Shown: positions 20,444 to 30,950 of the stretch, piece after piece
Layout of the letters: each line of letters begins with the position of its first letter
Position numbering within the stretch: position 1 is the first letter of the stretch
From: Coprobacillaceae bacterium
GTDB lineage: Bacteria > Bacillota_I > Bacilli_A > Erysipelotrichales > Coprobacillaceae
Assembly: GCA_963675515.1 (NCBI GenBank)
Contig: OY776328.1
Location: 60,001 to 92,000 of the forward strand
Length of the DNA stretch: 32,000 nucleotides
Direction of reading: 5' to 3'
Position numbers and translations under genes: made by a program
Notes under the pieces: generated by a model
Database searches by the model: none
What the model saw: the letters and a program-made list of their open reading frames with translations, nothing else
Told to the model about the DNA's origin: nothing

Positions 20444-21436
20444 TTAGAACCTTTCGATGATTGCTTGAGTGAATTCTTGAGTCGAAGCAGTTCCGCCGAT
20501 ATCGCCAGTCACGACTTCGCCTTTTGCAACGGTGTCGATGATGGCGTCACGGAGTTTTTTGGCATTGGCCTTGTCACCCATGTCTTCGATCATCAATGCG
20601 AAAGCCAGCAGCAATGCGCTTGGATTTGCTTTGTTCTGTCCTGCGATATCCGGTGCCGAACCGTGAACGGCTTCATAGATCCGATAGTCGTCACCGATGT
20701 TTCCTGATGGGGCGAAACCAAGACCGCCGATAAGACCGGCGCACAGGTCGGACACGATATCTCCATAAAGGTTTGGCGCAACCAGCACATCATAATTTTC
20801 GGGACGGATAACCAGCTGCATGCACATGTTGTCCACGATAACCGCCTCGCTGGCAATTTCCGGGTATTCTTTGGCAACATCGTTGAACGCTTCGAGGAAC
20901 AGTCCGTCTGTGAATTTCATGATGTTAGCTTTATGAACACAAGTGACTTTCTTGCGACCGTTGCTGCGGGCGTAATCAAAAGCGTAGCGGGCGATTTTCT
21001 CACTGGCCTGACGGGTAATCAGTTTGATTCCGTGAGCGACATCATCACCTATTTTGTATTCGATTCCCTTGTACAAGTCTTCGGTATTTTCACGGATGAT
21101 GACAAGATCGATATTGTCATATCTTGAATTTGTTCCTGGAATCGATTTGATCGGGCGGACATTGGCATAAGTTTCAAATTTCTGTCTTAAAGCCACATTG
21201 ACCGAGCGGAAACCTGTTCCAATTGGTGTTGCGGTAGGACCTTTCAAAGCCCATTTGTATTCCTGGATAGCTTCAACCAGACCTGGCTGAAAAACTTCCT
21301 TCGTATCGGCCGCGTACTCTGCTCCTGCATCGTATTTGAGCCATTCGATATCCAAATTCAGGGCTTTTGTTACAGCCTCGACACTTTGCGATATTTCCTT
21401 ACCTATTCCGTCTCCCGGGATCAATACTGCCTTCAT
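20444..21436 (-). CDS. icd: isocitrate/isopropylmalate dehydrogenase family enzyme, most likely NAD-dependent isocitrate dehydrogenase
   Basis: 330 aa with GDGIGKE, IRENTEDLY, NLYGDIVSDL and HGSAPDIAG. It lies immediately downstream of aconitase, and the stop and start share one base at 21436. Confidence 0.7.
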   Translation of the reverse strand: MKAVLIPGDGIGKEISQSVEAVTKALNLDIEWLKYDAGAEYAADTKEVFQPGLVEAIQEYKWALKGPTATPIGTGFRSVNVALRQKFETYANVRPIKSIPGTNSRYDNIDLVIIRENTEDLYKGIEYKIGDDVAHGIKLITRQASEKIARYAFDYARSNGRKKVTCVHKANIMKFTDGLFLEAFNDVAKEYPEIASEAVIVDNMCMQLVIRPENYDVLVAPNLYGDIVSDLCAGLIGGLGFAPSGNIGDDYRIYEAVHGSAPDIAGQNKANPSALLLAFALMIEDMGDKANAKKLRDAIIDTVAKGEVVTGDIGGTASTQEFTQAIIERF

Positions 21437-23361
21437 TAAAAGTCTCCTCCAATTTCCTTAATCGCATTCAATAGACCACCAAATTCAATCATAGTTTTTT
21501 CACGAGGAGTAACTTCCAATTTTCCTTCGATAGTAGCTCCGGTAGCCACATTAATGATGGCAACTTTTCCAGTGCCATTCAATGCGGCGAAGATACCTTC
21601 GATTTTATATTCATCATTCAATGTGAAGAAATCTTGTTCCTCTTCCTTGATGACGATTGGCAGGATACCGTTGTTGATCAGGTTTGAACGGTGGATCCGC
21701 GCAAACGATACTGCGATTACGGCTCTGATTTTCAAATGGTTAGGAACCAGGGCAGCATGTTCACGAGATGAACCTTGCCCATAGTTGTCACCTCCGACAA
21801 TGAATCCACCGCCGGCGTTGATCGCACGGTCATAGAATTCAGGATCAACTTTGGAGAATGAGAATTTGGCCAGATGCGGCACGTTGGAACGGAATGGCAG
21901 CAGCTTGCTGTCAGAAGGCACGATATGGTCAGTTGAGATATTGTCTCCGACTTTCAGGACAACTTTGCCTTGAAGCGTGTCTTCCGCTTTTTCACCACGA
22001 GGAACCGGTTTGATGTTCGGTCCCATATATAATTCGTGTTTAGGATCGTATTCATCAATGAAGTAATTAGGGTTTTTGATGAATTCCACATTATCGACAA
22101 CATCAAGATACATATCATCTTCAAACTCAGTGCTCAAGTATCCCTTGATAGCACTTAAAGCTGCGATTTCCGATGAAACAAGATATACTTCGGCATCATT
22201 GGTACCTGAACGCCCTTTGAAGTTGCGGTTGATGGTTCTTAAAGACACACCCTTTGAAAGTGGCGCCTGACCCATACCGATACATGGACCGCATCCGCAT
22301 TCAAGGATACGCGCTCCGGCTTGGATCATGTCCTGAAGTGCCCCGTTGGCCGAAAGCATTGCCAGAATCGATGAAGAACCTGGTGCGATTACCAATGAAA
22401 CATCGTCGTTGACACGTTGACCTTTCAGGATCTTGGCTGCGCGCATCATGTCCGCATATGAAGAGTTAGTACATGAACCGATAACAACCTGGTTGATTTT
22501 CATCCCTTGCAATTCTTTGGCAGGAACGACATTGTCCGGATTATGAGGTTTGGCAACCATCGGTTCCAAAGAAGCCAGGTCAATTTCCAACACTTCATCA
22601 TAAGTCGCATCCTCGTCAGCTTGAATCTGAACGTAATCAGCTTCACGCCCTTGTTGTTTCAAGTAATCCAATGTGTTTTCATCTGTCGGGAAGATTGAAG
22701 TGGTGGCCCCCAGTTCAGCCCCCATGTTGCAGATTGTCGCTCGGTCAGTGAGCGTCAGGTTTTTGATACCTTCACCTGAATACTCGACAATTTTGTTTGT
22801 TCCACCTTTGACAGTAAGGATTTCCAAAATTTTCAAAATAACGTCTTTTGCCGAAACCCAAGGAGCTTTTTCACCAACCAACTTGATGTTCAAGACACTT
22901 GGACATTGCAAGTAGTATTTTCCTGTCGCCATAGCTACGGCAACGTCAAGTCCACCGGCTCCAATGGCGATCATCCCCATCGCACCGCATGTAGGTGTGT
23001 GTGAATCCGAACCTACCAGAGTTTGTCCTGGTTTTGAGAAGTTTTCCAATTGCAACTGGTGACATACCCCGTTACCTGGCCGTGAAAAGACGATTCCATG
23101 TCTTTTCGCCACTGAGCGGATGAATTCATGGTCATCCATGTTTTCAAAACCGGTTTGCAACATATTGTGGTCAATATACGCAACTGCCTTTTTGACAGCA
23201 ACATGGTCAACCCCCATCGCTTCTAATTGCAGATATGCCATAGTTCCGGTTGAATCTTGAGTCAGAGTCTGATCAATTTCAATCCCGATCCCTGTTCCTG
23301 GAACCAATTCTCCAGATACTAATTTTTCACTTAATATTTTGTACGCTAAACTTTTACCCAT
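21436..23361 (-). CDS. aconitate hydratase (short ~640-aa type)
   Basis: Fe-S ligand regions GSCTNSS and CGPCIGMG, and a swivel domain (ISTDHIVPS, GQGSSREHAA). The start is placed at ATG 23361 (MGKSLAYKIL) behind AGGAGG. Confidence 0.88.
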   Translation of the reverse strand: MGKSLAYKILSEKLVSGELVPGTGIGIEIDQTLTQDSTGTMAYLQLEAMGVDHVAVKKAVAYIDHNMLQTGFENMDDHEFIRSVAKRHGIVFSRPGNGVCHQLQLENFSKPGQTLVGSDSHTPTCGAMGMIAIGAGGLDVAVAMATGKYYLQCPSVLNIKLVGEKAPWVSAKDVILKILEILTVKGGTNKIVEYSGEGIKNLTLTDRATICNMGAELGATTSIFPTDENTLDYLKQQGREADYVQIQADEDATYDEVLEIDLASLEPMVAKPHNPDNVVPAKELQGMKINQVVIGSCTNSSYADMMRAAKILKGQRVNDDVSLVIAPGSSSILAMLSANGALQDMIQAGARILECGCGPCIGMGQAPLSKGVSLRTINRNFKGRSGTNDAEVYLVSSEIAALSAIKGYLSTEFEDDMYLDVVDNVEFIKNPNYFIDEYDPKHELYMGPNIKPVPRGEKAEDTLQGKVVLKVGDNISTDHIVPSDSKLLPFRSNVPHLAKFSFSKVDPEFYDRAINAGGGFIVGGDNYGQGSSREHAALVPNHLKIRAVIAVSFARIHRSNLINNGILPIVIKEEEQDFFTLNDEYKIEGIFAALNGTGKVAIINVATGATIEGKLEVTPREKTMIEFGGLLNAIKEIGGDF

Positions 23362-23375
23362 ACTATACCTCCTAA

Positions 23376-23385
23376 TTGTATACAA
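23376..23385. promoter_or_regulatory. operator-like palindrome TTGTATACAA (site 1, directly downstream of the -10)
   Basis: Perfect 10-bp palindrome of the GntR-type GT-N-AC class. Confidence 0.5.
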
Positions 23386-23413
23386 TTATAGTATACAACT
23401 CTGGATTTTTCAA
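23385..23413 (-). promoter_or_regulatory. sigma-A promoter of the aconitase-icd-gntR operon
   Basis: Minus strand reads TTGAAA (23413-23408), exactly 17 nt, then TATAAT (23390-23385). Confidence 0.6.
23389..23398. promoter_or_regulatory. operator-like palindrome TAGTATACAA (site 2, overlaps the -10/spacer)
   Basis: 9/10 match to sites 1 and 3. Confidence 0.45.
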
Positions 23414-23417
23414 GGAT

Positions 23418-23427
23418 TTGTATACAA
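23418..23427. promoter_or_regulatory. operator-like palindrome TTGTATACAA (site 3, just upstream of the -35)
   Basis: Identical to site 1. Confidence 0.5.
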
Positions 23428-23479
23428 TAAATCAAGTTATTTTAGCAATACCATTTTTTTTATGATAAAATAAGCCGAG

Positions 23480-25351
23480 GTGACAAAATTGATATTAGAA
23501 TGTTCGAATATGACGAAATCTTTTCAAGGCATTGACTTGCTTAAAGATATAACATTTAAAATAGATGACAAAGACAAAACCGCCCTGATTGGGGTGAACG
23601 GAGCCGGAAAAACAACCGTTCTTTCCTTGATAATCGGTGAGTTGAGTCAAGACAGTGGCGACATTTTCAAGTCAAAGGATCTGACGATTGGCTATTTGCG
23701 CCAGCAACACCAGCTTGATTTGGAGAAAACAGTCTACCAGACCGCTCTGGCCATATTTGATCCCTTGATTGAAATGGAAAAGCGGCTGCGTGAAATCGAG
23801 CACAGGATGGCCGATGACCACTCGCCCGAGATCATGAATGAATATGACCGGTTACAACACGAATTCGCCTTGAACCAGGGCTATGAATACCCAAGCCGGA
23901 TCCAGGGAGTGCTAAAGGGACTGGGGTTTGGCGAGAGCGAATTCGATTTGAAGGTCGGGATGCTTTCAGGCGGACAGAAAACCCGCTTGGCGCTGGGAGA
24001 ATTGTTGCTCAAACAGCCACGGCTTCTAATCCTCGATGAGCCGACCAACCATCTTGACTACGATGCGACAGTATTCTTGGAAAACTACCTGAAAAACTAT
24101 CCCCACGCGATACTTGTCGTATCGCATGACCGCTACTTCATTGACCAGGTTGCGACCAAGATTGTGGAAATAGAAAATGGACGGTCCAAAACCTATCCCG
24201 GAAGCTACAGCGCTTATGCCACAATCAAAAAACACAACCGCAACATCGAGCTGAACCATTATATTAACCAGCAGCGGGAAATCAAAAAGATGCAGCAGTC
24301 AATCGACACGCTCAAATCATTCAACCGGGAAAAATCAGTCAAGCGGGCCCGTTCCAAGGAAAAGCAATTGGATAAAATCGAACTGCTCGACAGACCCGAA
24401 TCACTCCCTGATTCGATCCGCTTCGATTTCCAATCAAAAGTTGAATCAGGCTATGACGTCCTGAAAGTTTCCAATTTGGCGATGAGCTTCGCCGCTCCCC
24501 TGTTCGAGAACATAAGCTTCGACATCAAAAAGCAGGAGCGCATCTGTCTGGTCGGGGCCAACGGAATCGGCAAGACAACTTTGCTCAGGATAATCACCCA
24601 GCAGCTGCGTCCAACCCACGGAAAAGTCAAAATCGGATCAAAAGTTGAGATGGCGTACTATGATCAGGAACACAGCAGCTTGAATTTTGGCAATACCATT
24701 TTCCAGGAGATATCGGATGCCTACCCGAAAATGACCAACACCCAGATAAGATCAACCCTGGCGCTGTTCAACTTCCGCAATGATGACGTTTTCAAGGAAA
24801 TCGGATTATTGTCCGGCGGCGAGAAGGGCAGGGTCCTGCTGGCCAAGATATTGCTCAAACAAGCCAACTTCCTCGTGCTTGATGAACCGACCAACCATCT
24901 TGACATTGCATCCAAAGAAGTTCTTGAAGATGCACTTGCCGAGTATGATGGCACGATCATCTTCATCTCCCATGACCGGTTTTTCATCAACAAGCTGGCA
25001 ACAAAAATCATCGAACTCACACCCGATAAGGCGATTGAAATCCCCGGCAACTATGAGCATTATCTGGCAGTGAAGACAAACTACAGCCAGACCAAGGAAA
25101 GAGACAACAGCGACTATATCGAACACAAACAAAGCCAGGCCAAAGTGCGGCAGCATCAAAAGCAGATCCGAAATCTGGAGAACAGGATTTCCCAGATTGA
25201 AGAAAAGATAAGCGAGCTCAATACTCTTCTAGTGTCGAGCGAAGTCGTCGATGACTACCAGAAATACAACGAGGTCAATGATAAGATTGCCGCCCTCGAA
25301 GATGAGCTGGAGTCCAATCTAATTGAGTGGGAAGACTTGCAACAGGAATAA
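23480..25351 (+). CDS. ABC-F family ATPase (ribosome-associated type, no TM domain) with C-terminal coiled-coil extension
   Basis: 623 aa with two ABC cassettes (GVNGAGKTT/LSGGQKTR and GANGIGKTT/LSGGEKGR), a basic inter-domain linker and a helical acidic tail. The start is uncertain: GTG 23480, or TTG 23489, which has better spacing to GAGG. Confidence 0.88.
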   Translation: MTKLILECSNMTKSFQGIDLLKDITFKIDDKDKTALIGVNGAGKTTVLSLIIGELSQDSGDIFKSKDLTIGYLRQQHQLDLEKTVYQTALAIFDPLIEMEKRLREIEHRMADDHSPEIMNEYDRLQHEFALNQGYEYPSRIQGVLKGLGFGESEFDLKVGMLSGGQKTRLALGELLLKQPRLLILDEPTNHLDYDATVFLENYLKNYPHAILVVSHDRYFIDQVATKIVEIENGRSKTYPGSYSAYATIKKHNRNIELNHYINQQREIKKMQQSIDTLKSFNREKSVKRARSKEKQLDKIELLDRPESLPDSIRFDFQSKVESGYDVLKVSNLAMSFAAPLFENISFDIKKQERICLVGANGIGKTTLLRIITQQLRPTHGKVKIGSKVEMAYYDQEHSSLNFGNTIFQEISDAYPKMTNTQIRSTLALFNFRNDDVFKEIGLLSGGEKGRVLLAKILLKQANFLVLDEPTNHLDIASKEVLEDALAEYDGTIIFISHDRFFINKLATKIIELTPDKAIEIPGNYEHYLAVKTNYSQTKERDNSDYIEHKQSQAKVRQHQKQIRNLENRISQIEEKISELNTLLVSSEVVDDYQKYNEVNDKIAALEDELESNLIEWEDLQQE

Positions 25352-25413
25352 TCAAAGCATATTCATGGCCAGTTTGGCAAATTAGTGATATTATCTTGTA
25401 AAGAGGTGATTTT

Positions 25414-25875
25414 ATGGCATATTTAGAAGTGGGCACCCAAGCCCCTGATTTCACATTAATGAACAAAGACGGAAAGGAAGTCAGCCTGTCTGATTACCTT
25501 GGACAGAAAGTCGTCCTTTATTTCTATCCCAAAGACTCAACTCCGGGCTGCACCCGCGAGGCATGCGACTTCAGAGACAACCAACATCTTTTTGGCGAGC
25601 AGAACGCCACAATTATCGGAATATCCAAAGATTCGGTGAACTCCCATCTGAAGTTCGCCCAAAACAATGAACTGAATTTCGAGATTCTCAGCGACCCCAA
25701 TCTTGATGTGATCAAGGCTTACGGCGTATGGCAATTGAAAAAGAACTACGGCAAGGAATATATGGGCATAGTCCGCACAACCTACGTACTAAATGAACTT
25801 CACCAGGTTGTCAAAATATATAAAGTGTCGAAAGTAAATGATCATGTCACAAAAGTCTTGGATGACATGCAATAA
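25414..25875 (+). CDS. bcp: thioredoxin-dependent peroxiredoxin Bcp
   Basis: 153 aa with FYPKDSTPGCTREAC, the peroxidatic Cys motif. Confidence 0.9.
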   Translation: MAYLEVGTQAPDFTLMNKDGKEVSLSDYLGQKVVLYFYPKDSTPGCTREACDFRDNQHLFGEQNATIIGISKDSVNSHLKFAQNNELNFEILSDPNLDVIKAYGVWQLKKNYGKEYMGIVRTTYVLNELHQVVKIYKVSKVNDHVTKVLDDMQ

Positions 25876-25891
25876 TCAAATAATTTCCCAG

Positions 25892-25925
25892 GAACTTGAA
25901 GGAACTCTTTCAAGTTCTTTTCTTT
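25892..25925 (+). terminator. rho-independent terminator after bcp
   Basis: Stem GAACTTGAA/TTCAAGTTC (25892-25900 / 25909-25917) followed by TTTTCTTT. Confidence 0.8.
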
Positions 25926-25931
25926 AGATGA

Positions 25932-27416
<1,485 letters not shown>

Positions 27417-27424
27417 CAAACTCA

Positions 27425-27451
27425 GCCATAGGCAAACGCCTGTGGCTTTTT
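27425..27451 (+). terminator. rho-independent terminator after the GH1 gene
   Basis: 9-bp stem GCCATAGGC/GCCTGTGGC (27425-27433 / 27438-27446) followed by TTTTT. Confidence 0.85.
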
Positions 27452-27513
27452 CCTTGCAAACATAGAAGATCGAATAGAGGGTAAGTAATCACGTGTGTTA
27501 CTTATCCCCTTTC

Positions 27514-27601
27514 ACACCACTTATACCGACTTTTGGATTATCCCGACAAATATGTATTTTTGAGGGATAGTCCTTTTTTGTATTATTAAAAGTCGGGATA
27601 A
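27514..27601. repeat. left terminal inverted repeat (IRL) of the RIT-type element
   Basis: Perfect inverted match to 30863-30950. It contains the boxes TTATACCGAC (27521-27530), TTATCCCGAC (27538-27547) and an inverted GTCGGGATAA (27592-27601). Confidence 0.9.
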
Positions 27602-27642
27602 TTTTATTTTCAGTCTATAATGTAGCTAGGAGGTAGTTTGAA

Positions 27643-28872
27643 ATGAAAAATTTGAATAGTATCGACGAATTAGTTCAGCTTGCTTTAAATAACCTGAAGT
27701 CTCAAGGCTATAATGAACTTACCATTCAGGCCTACGAATCCAGCTACTTTAACCCCATTTTGAAAAGATATTCTGACTTAAATCAAATAAACTATAGTCG
27801 GGAAATTATGGATTCACTGCTAAAGTTCTATCTTTCGCAACTTCAAAACAAAATTATTAGTAGGACCACCTATAATAAAAGAGTGCGTGGCGTCTTAATG
27901 ATTACCGAACTTAATGATTTCGGTTCCTTCAAGTGGAAAGTTTTCACATTTAAGAATGAAATCCCCATATCATCAGAGTTCCAAATCACAATAAAAGAAT
28001 ATTTGAAAAATAGAGAAGTATCTATTAGGACCCTTCAATTTGAAGAGCGAATCCTATATTTATTTTCAAATTTTCTAAACAATCATGATATTTTGCAACC
28101 GAAATTAATAAGTACTAGCGATATAGTGGAATTTATTAAGATCATCTCTAAGGATAACCCAAAATCCATGGAGAAGATACTCACTTGTCTGAAAAAATAT
28201 TTAGTTAATTTGTATAGAAATAATAAGATTGATTTTGATATAAGCTCCATCGTTTCCTTCGGTAAAATACGAGACAGGGCATTATATCCGCCAATAGATA
28301 TTATTGATCTTGTAGGAATTTTAAATTCAATTGATAGGGAGACACCTACCGGAAAAAGAAATTATGCGATTATAATATTGGGAGCAATGACAGGGCTAAG
28401 AGCTGGAGATATAGTACGGATTCAGCTTGAAGATATTGATTGGAAAAAACGCAAATTAAATATAGTTCAAGGGAAAACAAATAGTCCCCTAACAGTGCCA
28501 TTAACTGAGAGTGTCTGTAATGCAATTGCGGACTACATTCTAAATGGAAGACCCAAAACTGATGATAATAGTGTTTTCATAAGATCATTAGCTCCTTTTA
28601 CGGGGCTTAAAGACGGCTGTTCTATCGCTTCTTTTTTTAGAAGGTATCTACTGAAGGCTGGAATTGAACCCTCCCTTAAAACCGGGAACACTTTCCACTC
28701 TATTAGGCGGATGTTAGGGACTCAACTTATTATCAACGGCGTTCCGGTTACAATGATTGCACAGCTCTTGGGTCACCATTCGGTCATACCTACTAAGCAA
28801 TATATTTCACTTGATGTTGAGGGTTTGAGAAAGTGTGCGTTATCTATGGAAACACTTGGTGGTAGAATATGA
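27643..28872 (+). CDS. ritA: tyrosine recombinase, first gene of the trio (RitA position)
   Basis: 409 aa with catalytic-type residues in GLRAGDI (R), HSIRRMLGT (HxxR) and LLGHHSVIPTKQYISL (H...Y). AGGAGG SD. The stop overlaps the next start (ATGA). Confidence 0.8.
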   Translation: MKNLNSIDELVQLALNNLKSQGYNELTIQAYESSYFNPILKRYSDLNQINYSREIMDSLLKFYLSQLQNKIISRTTYNKRVRGVLMITELNDFGSFKWKVFTFKNEIPISSEFQITIKEYLKNREVSIRTLQFEERILYLFSNFLNNHDILQPKLISTSDIVEFIKIISKDNPKSMEKILTCLKKYLVNLYRNNKIDFDISSIVSFGKIRDRALYPPIDIIDLVGILNSIDRETPTGKRNYAIIILGAMTGLRAGDIVRIQLEDIDWKKRKLNIVQGKTNSPLTVPLTESVCNAIADYILNGRPKTDDNSVFIRSLAPFTGLKDGCSIASFFRRYLLKAGIEPSLKTGNTFHSIRRMLGTQLIINGVPVTMIAQLLGHHSVIPTKQYISLDVEGLRKCALSMETLGGRI

Positions 28873-29819
28873 AATTCATATATGATTATATCGCAGACAT
28901 GATTAAATATCGAATTGATTTAGGGTATTCGTTGCAACCAACTTCTTGGTATCTTAACGATTTTTCCAAATACTTGACGAATAATTTTCCCAGTGAAACA
29001 ATGCTTACTCAAGAAATGATCATGCCTTGGTGTGTGCAAAGGAAAACTGAGCAGGCGTGCAGTTTTCGATCTAGAATGTCATCAATAAGACAATTTACAC
29101 TTTACCTTTTTGCGAACGGAGCTTCCAACTTTGTACTTGATTTGAATTTCTTACCTAAAATCACAAGATATGTACCTTATATATTCACAAACATGGAGCT
29201 TAAAACCATTTTTGAAATGGCTGATAGTAAAAAATATATCAAACCTATGACGGCTAAAAATAGAATCATATCTGTAATCTATCGATTGATATACTTTTGT
29301 GGTCTTCGGCCAAACGAAGGTCGTGAAATAATGAAAAAAGATTTGGACTTGGATAATGGAACTATACTTATTAGAAAAAACAAAAATCATAAGGAACGTT
29401 TAATTCCAATGGCCGTTGATGTAACAGATATGATGCGCGAGTATATCGATGAAATGAAGTTAATATTTCCAAATACTGATTATGTTTTTCCATCTCCAAC
29501 CGGGCTTCCATATCATTCAAAATGGTTAAGGACGGAATTCTTGAAGATTTGGGATGAGATAAAGCCCGAGGGTGGTAGAGCTCGTGTAAGAGTATACGAT
29601 TTACGTCATCGCTGGGCGACAACTGTCATGATGAAACTCTTAAACGAAGGTGAAGATTTATATTCATTGCTTCCCTACATGAGTGCCTATATGGGTCATT
29701 CCAATTTCGAAGACACGGCTTATTATATTCACTTACTTCCAGAGGAATTAATTAAATCATCTGAAGTTGATTGGGAAAGGTTTTCCTCAATCATTCCTGA
29801 GGTGTCTAAGTATGACTGA
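28869..29819 (+). CDS. ritB: tyrosine recombinase, second gene of the trio (RitB position)
   Basis: 316 aa with GLRPNEGR, YDLRHRWATT and MGHSNFEDTAYYIH. Confidence 0.8.
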   Translation: MKFIYDYIADMIKYRIDLGYSLQPTSWYLNDFSKYLTNNFPSETMLTQEMIMPWCVQRKTEQACSFRSRMSSIRQFTLYLFANGASNFVLDLNFLPKITRYVPYIFTNMELKTIFEMADSKKYIKPMTAKNRIISVIYRLIYFCGLRPNEGREIMKKDLDLDNGTILIRKNKNHKERLIPMAVDVTDMMREYIDEMKLIFPNTDYVFPSPTGLPYHSKWLRTEFLKIWDEIKPEGGRARVRVYDLRHRWATTVMMKLLNEGEDLYSLLPYMSAYMGHSNFEDTAYYIHLLPEELIKSSEVDWERFSSIIPEVSKYD

Positions 29820-30861
29820 AAATTCATTATGTTTCTTCAAAATGATTAGAGATTATTTTGAGTCTTTCTTACCAAAACAAAAAGGAAACAGCTTCAACAC
29901 AATCAAATCCTATAAAATCACTATGAATCAATTTCTAAAATATGCATGTAACGCCAATAAAATCAAACTATCTGACTTTTGCTTCGAGATAACCTCGGTT
30001 AAGCTACTTGATAATTTTTTGAATGACGGTGAGCAATATTCCGGGTGGTCTTGCAGTACTAGAAATCAGAAACTGGCAGCAATTCGTTCGTTTTACAAAT
30101 ATGTTGCATCTCGCAATATTTCTTTAATGGCATATTACCAAGAACTACTTGCGGTCCCTATGAAAAAGATGTCCAAAAATAATCAGATTGAATACTTCTC
30201 CGAAAATGTTTTAGAAACATTACTTAGGCAGCCAAACACAAAAACAAAAAAAGGAATACGGGATTTGGTTTTCATGATACTAATGTATGACACTGGAGCT
30301 AGAATTCAGGAAATTTTGGATCTCAAAATTGGAGACCTGTTCCTATTTAGTGAAGTCCCGTACGTGAAACTAACAGGAAAGGGCAGTAAAGTAAGATTAG
30401 TCCCAATTATGGAAAAAACGATAAACCACTTGAAAAATTATCTATCGATATTTCACTTAAAATCAAAAGACGATAGCTTCGTTTTTTGTTCAAAACGAAA
30501 GGAAATCATCAGTCAACTGTCGCCAGATGCTGTTCAAAAATTTATTGATAAATATTGTGCATCCGCTCATGATGTAGATGAAGAAGTACCTATTCATATT
30601 TATCCGCATATGTTCCGCCATTCTAGAGCCATGCATTTATATCATGGTGGAATGCCGCTACCACTTATTTCCGAATGGCTTGGACATGCGCAAGTTTCTA
30701 CAACAATGGAATTTTATGCGCAGGCAACATTAGAAATGAAAAAACAGGCAATTGAGCAGGCTACAGAAGCAATTAGCCCCTTAATAAATATTTCTAATAA
30801 ATACAATCTGGATTTTGAAAATGATGAAGAACTGATTAAAAGGCTCTATGGATTGATATGA
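29812..30861 (+). CDS. ritC: tyrosine recombinase, third gene of the trio (RitC position)
   Basis: Start placed at ATG 29812 (MTENSLCFF..., GAGGTG 7 nt upstream), which overlaps the ritB stop by 8 nt. Has TGARIQEIL, HMFRHSRAMH and LGHAQVSTTMEFYAQ. The stop lies 1 nt before IRR. Confidence 0.8.
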   Translation: MTENSLCFFKMIRDYFESFLPKQKGNSFNTIKSYKITMNQFLKYACNANKIKLSDFCFEITSVKLLDNFLNDGEQYSGWSCSTRNQKLAAIRSFYKYVASRNISLMAYYQELLAVPMKKMSKNNQIEYFSENVLETLLRQPNTKTKKGIRDLVFMILMYDTGARIQEILDLKIGDLFLFSEVPYVKLTGKGSKVRLVPIMEKTINHLKNYLSIFHLKSKDDSFVFCSKRKEIISQLSPDAVQKFIDKYCASAHDVDEEVPIHIYPHMFRHSRAMHLYHGGMPLPLISEWLGHAQVSTTMEFYAQATLEMKKQAIEQATEAISPLINISNKYNLDFENDEELIKRLYGLI

Positions 30862-30862
30862 G

Positions 30863-30950
30863 TTATCCCGACTTTTAATAATACAAAAAAGGACTATCCC
30901 TCAAAAATACATATTTGTCGGGATAATCCAAAAGTCGGTATAAGTGGTGT
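30863..30950. repeat. right terminal inverted repeat (IRR) of the RIT-type element
   Basis: Perfect reverse complement of 27514-27601. Confidence 0.9.

Noticed and set aside
23386-23479. Leader-peptide or attenuator control of the ABC-F gene, as in antibiotic-resistance ABC-Fs
   Set aside because: The whole intergenic region is 94 nt and is largely occupied by the divergent promoter and operators. There is no room for a leader ORF plus alternative hairpins, so a resistance role cannot be inferred.
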